Assembly: GCA_025453715.1 (NCBI GenBank)
Contig: JALOPT010000012.1
Coordinates: 1 to 31,723, forward strand
DNA from: Methanoregulaceae archaeon
Lineage (GTDB): Archaea > Halobacteriota > Methanomicrobia > Methanomicrobiales > Methanospirillaceae
Length of the DNA stretch: 31,723 nt
Reading direction: 5' to 3'
Position 1 is the stretch's first letter. The number at the start of each line of letters is the position of its first letter. Both the position numbers and the translations under genes were made by a program. This document shows positions 27,095 through 31,723 of this stretch, in pieces. The notes under the pieces were generated by a model. It ran no database searches and had not been told where the DNA came from. It saw only the letters and a program-made list of their open reading frames with translations.

Positions 27095-28147
27095 TTGGAT
27101 GCAAAGCAACTAATTTCAGCCGATAATGATCTAAAAAAGTCGGAACTCCAGTACCGTCGCCTTTTTGAAACAGCCCAGGATGGAATCCTGATCCTAAATG
27201 GGGATACGGGTGAAGTTATCGATGCAAACAAATTCATTATTGATTTGCTGGGATATCCGCTAGAGTATTTTATCGGGAAACATCTCTGGGAGCTCGGATT
27301 CATCACGGATAAATCCATTGCTCAACGTGCATTTAGTGAACTGAAGACAAACGACTATATCAGGTATGAAGACATTCCCCTCGAGACAAAATGCGGGCGG
27401 AGTATGGAAGTCGAATTTATCAGCAATCTCTACCTCGTAGGTGATGAGAAAATTATCCAATGTAATATCCGGGACATTACAGAACGAAAACGCACGGAAA
27501 ATGAACTTACCGTATCTCGTAGAAAACTGAATATCTTATCCAGCATCACCCGTCACGATATTAACAACCAGCTGATGTCAGTCAATGGATTTCTTGAGTT
27601 ATTACATGAAAAAATCCCCGATCCCGATCTTGCAGATTATTTCACCCGGATCATGAAAGCCAGTTCCAGGATATCAGCCATGATCCTTTTCGCAAAAGAA
27701 TACGAACAGATCGGTTTAAACAATCCTGTCTGGCAGGGGATTCACTCCCTTGTCAATAGTGCCGCCTTGGAAGCAACACGTGGACAGGTCACGGTCAAAA
27801 ATGATCTCCCCTGCACTGCAGAAGTCCTTGCCGACCCTCTGATCATCAAAGTCTTTTACAACCTGATAGACAATGCAGTCCGGCATGGTGGGAAGATCAC
27901 AACCATAAGGTTCTCTGTTGAGACATCCGGCGATACCTATCTGATAGTATGCGAAGACGATGGGAATGGTGTCCTTGTAGAGGAAAAGGAGAAGATTTTT
28001 GAACGTGGATTCGGGAAGAATACCGGGCTTGGTTTAGCTCTATCACGTGAAATCCTGTTAATCACCGGTATGACGATCCAAGAGACCGGAGAGCCAGGTA
28101 AAGGGGCACGATTTGAGATAATAGTGCCGAAAGGGAGATACAGATAA
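27095..28147 (+). CDS. PAS-domain sensor histidine kinase (cytoplasmic, orphan)
   Basis: PAS (YRRLFETAQDGILIL...CNIRDITERK), H-box RHDINNQL, N-box FYNLIDNA, CEDDGNG and GLGL boxes. Start uncertain: TTG 27095 (GGGGTG upstream), ATG 27083 or TTG 27077. Confidence 0.93.
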   Translation: MDAKQLISADNDLKKSELQYRRLFETAQDGILILNGDTGEVIDANKFIIDLLGYPLEYFIGKHLWELGFITDKSIAQRAFSELKTNDYIRYEDIPLETKCGRSMEVEFISNLYLVGDEKIIQCNIRDITERKRTENELTVSRRKLNILSSITRHDINNQLMSVNGFLELLHEKIPDPDLADYFTRIMKASSRISAMILFAKEYEQIGLNNPVWQGIHSLVNSAALEATRGQVTVKNDLPCTAEVLADPLIIKVFYNLIDNAVRHGGKITTIRFSVETSGDTYLIVCEDDGNGVLVEEKEKIFERGFGKNTGLGLALSREILLITGMTIQETGEPGKGARFEIIVPKGRYR

Positions 28148-28259
28148 TCATTTTTCATGATGAAGTTTTCTGCTCGCCTTGAATTTCAACATTAGTGGAC
28201 GTTTTGCCAAAATAATGCCTCATTCCCAACATTTATTTTCCAGGAAGCAATTCCAATGT

Positions 28260-28448
28260 ATGACATTAACAACTATCTGCCCGTTGAGATTTGCGGGTGA
28301 GGTAGATTTCCAGGGTATCAAAACAAATACCCAATGCATCGGGGATGACTGTGCCTGGTACCTTGAGGGACACTGTGCTGTCAGGGTTATTGCGGCCGAA
28401 TTGTTATCAAAAGAGAAGAGGAGCCACCGGGGTCCATGTGCTGACTGA
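28260..28448 (+). CDS. Small Cys-motif protein (62 aa)
   Basis: ATG 28260 gives MTLTTICPLRF...QCIGDDCAWYLEGHCAVRVIA with a CP-x18-C-x4-CAW-x5-CA pattern. Confidence 0.6.
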   Translation: MTLTTICPLRFAGEVDFQGIKTNTQCIGDDCAWYLEGHCAVRVIAAELLSKEKRSHRGPCAD

Positions 28449-28680
28449 AAGAATTATTGGGAACTTTTTCAAGCAATAATAAAACAGCACCTGATAGTTG
28501 TGGCAATTAGGGGAATTCGTACGTGTTTATTTTGCGATTTTTTACACACACAAAAAGGTTGTACCCGGAGAACAATATTTTGTTCAACGCTAACCTAACT
28601 CCATAAATTTATTTTTTCCATGAGAATCGGTTTATATTCCATTGCATAGCTATGACTACTATGAACCCCTTATATAGTTC

Positions 28681-28941
28681 ATGGAAAAGAGTGAAATCCG
28701 AAGAATACAATGGGAAATCAGCGAATCGCTCTTTTCTTCTCTCAAAAAAGGTAACAAGCTTACAGGCAATGTAGGAACAATCATCCGTATTTGTAATCTC
28801 CGGTTTGGCGGGGTGGTTGTTGCGAAATTTCTTGAACGGGCGAAAAATATGCCCTATTTACCCTTTACGGTAGTGCGTGAAAGGTCCAGTTTTCATGGCT
28901 GCACGTACCGGATTGAAATAAAGAACATACTCACTCACTAA
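28681..28941 (+). CDS. Hypothetical protein (86 aa)
   Basis: ATG-started ORF in otherwise non-coding AT-rich DNA; plausible helix/helix/beta-hairpin composition; no family recognised. Confidence 0.5.
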   Translation: MEKSEIRRIQWEISESLFSSLKKGNKLTGNVGTIIRICNLRFGGVVVAKFLERAKNMPYLPFTVVRERSSFHGCTYRIEIKNILTH

Positions 28942-29021
28942 TATCGCAATTATCGGTTACATTACAAGTCCTTTTTTTTAAAAATGAAAATATATCTCCC
29001 GTATCCCTGGGAAAAAGGTTA

Positions 29022-29267
29022 TTACTTCTCTTCGCGGACCATTTCGATCGCTTTTTTCGGGCACTCATTGGCGCAGATCCCGCACCCTTTACAGAACCCC
29101 AGGTCAACTTCGAGTTCATCGCTGATTGCCTGGTCAGGGCAGTACATCGCACAGAGCCCGCACTGGTTACATTTCTCCTTGTCCACGACCGGGCGGAATA
29201 CCCGCCAGGAGCCCGTCTTTCCACAAGCCCCGGGAACTGGCGAACTCAATGCAAGTCGCTGCCTCAT
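29022..29267 (-). CDS. porD: 2-oxoacid:ferredoxin oxidoreductase delta subunit (2x[4Fe-4S])
   Basis: KTGSWRVFRP; CNQCGLC...CP and CKGCGIC...CP motifs. Confidence 0.93.
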   Translation of the reverse strand: MRQRLALSSPVPGACGKTGSWRVFRPVVDKEKCNQCGLCAMYCPDQAISDELEVDLGFCKGCGICANECPKKAIEMVREEK

Positions 29268-29791
29268 ATGACCAGCTCCTGGTATGCTGCCTCTGCAGCC
29301 TGTACATTCCTGTCATCCGAAAACATTTCAGAAATCGCAAGCTTTGCGGAATCCTTGGATACAATCCCCATCTTTGCCAGGGCACCGATTACCGGGGTAT
29401 TCAGGATCGGGCTTCCCGCCACCACCAGGTTTAACCTGAGTGCAATAGAGGTCAGGTCCACAGAAAGTGTCTTGAAGCCTTTCATATCATGGGGGAGAGT
29501 GCCGTTAAGGAGCACTTTCCCACCTGGTTTTAACCCGTGGAGGACATCGACGACGTCCATGATACTGTTGTCGAGGACGACAATGAGGTCGGGCTTCCTG
29601 ATCTGGCTGTATACCTTAATCGGGCTCTCGCTGATACGGACGAAGGAGACCACGGGTGCTCCCCGGCGCTCCGCCCCGTAAAACGGGAAGGCTGTCGCAT
29701 ACTTATGGTCCCTGAATGCAGCAAGGGCAAGGAGCTTTGCAGCGGTAACACCGCCCTGACCGCCCCGTGAATGGATACGGATTTCATACAT
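29264..29791 (-). CDS. porG: 2-oxoacid:ferredoxin oxidoreductase gamma subunit
   Basis: EIRIHSRGGQGGVT, FPFYGAERRGAPV and NTPVIGAL motifs. Confidence 0.93.
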   Translation of the reverse strand: MYEIRIHSRGGQGGVTAAKLLALAAFRDHKYATAFPFYGAERRGAPVVSFVRISESPIKVYSQIRKPDLIVVLDNSIMDVVDVLHGLKPGGKVLLNGTLPHDMKGFKTLSVDLTSIALRLNLVVAGSPILNTPVIGALAKMGIVSKDSAKLAISEMFSDDRNVQAAEAAYQELVI

Positions 29792-30896
29792 CAGGTTTCA
29801 CCCCGAACCAGTACTCCTCACCGGGACGCCTGTCCCTGACGAAGCCTGCGATATCTTCATACGTGACTTCCTGGCCACCAAGCCCGGCGATCACGCTGTA
29901 TGGTTCTACCCTGCACCTTGACCGGATCGCTTCAGCGAGTATGCCGCCGGAGCCGAAAGAATAGTCACGGTCGATAACGACTATCTCCTTTCCAGCAATA
30001 TCGAGGTCAGGGAACGGGCGGAACCACCTGATACGCATGGAACCTGCTTTTATTCCCTCTTCTCTCAACAGGTCTGTGGCTACCTCAGCCTCTTTTCCGA
30101 GTGTCCCCATCGAGATGATAAGCACATCGGCATCATCGCACCGGTAGTCCTCGGTAAACCCGTAGGGACGCCCGAAGCGTTTTGCAAACTCACCTTGTGT
30201 CTCTTCAATCACCTTTACCGAGTCCCTCATCGATCGCTCGATATCCCAGCGGAATTTGAAATAGTCATCGGGTCCCGTGAGTGTCCCATATCCTCTCGGG
30301 TTGTTGATATCAATGGCATGGGGGAGCTGTATCGGCGGGATAAAATCGCCCACGTCTTCTGTCTGGAGGGACTGGTTGATATGGCTTAAGAGGAACCCGT
30401 CGAGGTTCACCATCACAGGGAGAAGGACGTCGTTATGCTCCGCTATCCGGAACGCCATCAGTGTTGCATCGTATGCTTCCTGGACCGTTCCGACGTAGAC
30501 CTGGAGCCACCCGGTGTCCCGTTCCTGCAGGGCGTCGGTATGTTCTGCCCAGATATTCCATCCCGGTCCAACCGCCCGGTTCACGTTTGCCATCACGACC
30601 GGCAGGCGCCCGCCTGCAGCCCAGTTGACCATCTCGTGCATATAGAGAAGCCCGTGTGAGCTTGTTGCAGTAAATGTCCTGACACCGGTGATACTAGCCC
30701 CGATGCAGGCAGCCATCGCAGAGTGCTCACTCTCAACCATGATGTACCGGCTCATTAGTTCACCCGATGAGACGTACTCTGCGATCTGTTCTACAATCTC
30801 CGTCTGCGGGGTGATCGGGTAGGCCGCAATCACCGAGGGTTTTGCGTCTTTTACAGCAGACGCAACCGCTTTATTGCCGGTTGAAATCATCAGCAT
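29784..30896 (-). CDS. porA: 2-oxoacid:ferredoxin oxidoreductase alpha subunit
   Basis: AYPITPQT, ESEHSAM, TATSSHGL, VNRA and DGFLLSH motifs. Substrate (pyruvate or another 2-oxoacid) cannot be fixed from sequence. Confidence 0.93.
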   Translation of the reverse strand: MLMISTGNKAVASAVKDAKPSVIAAYPITPQTEIVEQIAEYVSSGELMSRYIMVESEHSAMAACIGASITGVRTFTATSSHGLLYMHEMVNWAAGGRLPVVMANVNRAVGPGWNIWAEHTDALQERDTGWLQVYVGTVQEAYDATLMAFRIAEHNDVLLPVMVNLDGFLLSHINQSLQTEDVGDFIPPIQLPHAIDINNPRGYGTLTGPDDYFKFRWDIERSMRDSVKVIEETQGEFAKRFGRPYGFTEDYRCDDADVLIISMGTLGKEAEVATDLLREEGIKAGSMRIRWFRPFPDLDIAGKEIVVIDRDYSFGSGGILAEAIRSRCRVEPYSVIAGLGGQEVTYEDIAGFVRDRRPGEEYWFGVKPDV

Positions 30897-31723
30897 ACGC
30901 CTTTCTCCTCCATCTTCAGGCGTTCAGTATTTTTCCTCACGCTGGAGGTCAGTGCGTCCACTGCCTGCCTGCTGATCCCCTTAAACCGCCCCTGTGGATT
31001 CAGGTAGTCTTCGATTGGCAGTGGCTTTAACATGGCTGCCTTTGACGGGCCGTTGATCGTCAGTTTCCCGTATTCACGCTCATAGAGGACCCATACGCCT
31101 GTTTTCACAGCAAGTTTCCCAATCTCAATCGTCTGCTTGGTCGGGTACCGCCACCCCGGGGGGCAGGGTGCGAGGATATGGATAAATTTTGGCCCTCGGA
31201 TCGAGAGTGCCTTCGTCACTTTTTTGAAAATATCCTGGGGATATGCACTGCATGCGGTCGCCATGTAGGGGGGGTCGTGTGCTTCCACGATCCTGTCGAG
31301 ATCTTTCTTCGTGTCCAGTTTCCCGCCAGGAGTGGTTGTAGTCCGTGCACCTGCAGGGGTTGACCCCGAACGCTGCATTCCGGTATTCCCGTATGCCTCG
31401 TTGTCATAGCAGATATAGAGGAAGTCCGCACCACGTTCGAATGCCCCCGAAAGTGCCTGGATCCCGATGTCAACGGTCCCGCCGTCACCGGCATACACGA
31501 TCACATTAGTCTTCTTCCCGGACGACTGGAACGCAGCACTCATACCCGATGCACATGCTGCGGCAGCGGCAAATGCAACATTATAAACTGGGATATTCAT
31601 CGCGGTATTGGGGTATATACCCTGGATAACAGCCGTGCAGCAGGCCGGTATCACGAGGACGCTGTCAGGACCTGCTGCCTTGAGGATATACCGGAGCACC
31701 AGTGATGAGCTACACCCGGCACA
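30890..31723 (-). CDS. porB: 2-oxoacid:ferredoxin oxidoreductase beta subunit (5' end outside the window)
   Basis: The frame is open to the window edge (CAGCSSSLVLRY); TPP motif GDGG...YDNEAYGNTG and CPPGW. Confidence 0.93.
   Translation of the reverse strand, partial: CAGCSSSLVLRYILKAAGPDSVLVIPACCTAVIQGIYPNTAMNIPVYNVAFAAAAACASGMSAAFQSSGKKTNVIVYAGDGGTVDIGIQALSGAFERGADFLYICYDNEAYGNTGMQRSGSTPAGARTTTTPGGKLDTKKDLDRIVEAHDPPYMATACSAYPQDIFKKVTKALSIRGPKFIHILAPCPPGWRYPTKQTIEIGKLAVKTGVWVLYEREYGKLTINGPSKAAMLKPLPIEDYLNPQGRFKGISRQAVDALTSSVRKNTERLKMEEKGVC

Noticed and set aside
1-31723. CRISPR arrays, tRNA/rRNA genes, integrases or transposases
   Set aside because: No regularly spaced 25-40-bp repeats, cloverleaf sequences or recombinase/transposase motifs were seen by eye; a tRNAscan-SE/Infernal run would be the definitive check.

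Overview
Mostly core-genome DNA from a hydrogenotrophic methanogenic archaeon. The gene set, protein sequences and TATA-box promoters point to Methanomicrobiales (Methanoregula/Methanolinea-like; inferred, not searched). Housekeeping content: hisG, rimI, sod, the upper mevalonate pathway (HTH regulator, HMG-CoA synthase, thiolase, DUF35 scaffold, plus hmgA), trm5, ribK/rbkR-ribB, recQ, rpa plus partner, pyrF, dys, tiaS, thermosome and a beta-alpha-gamma-delta 2-oxoacid:ferredoxin oxidoreductase operon cut by the window end. Three AT-richer accessory patches (about 1-4.2 kb, 13.2-14.4 kb, 26.8-29.0 kb) carry a hicBA toxin-antitoxin pair, secreted/lipoproteins, an RNase H-fold protein, an orphan histidine kinase and small unannotated ORFs. 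No tRNA, rRNA, CRISPR array or transposase was found. Best leads: (1) a 120-aa stand-alone NrdD-type glycyl-radical domain, possibly a GrcA-like spare part for class III RNR, apparently co-transcribed with (2) a CbiZ-like protein whose family motifs are all eroded while its Cys-rich domain is intact; (3) an in-frame deletion of about 69 nt in ribB that removes a catalytic Asp; (4) a promoter-to-U-tract, three-hairpin candidate RNA of about 100 nt upstream of an RNase H-fold/coiled-coil gene; (5) a GC-rich REP-like palindrome between recQ and the rpa operon.
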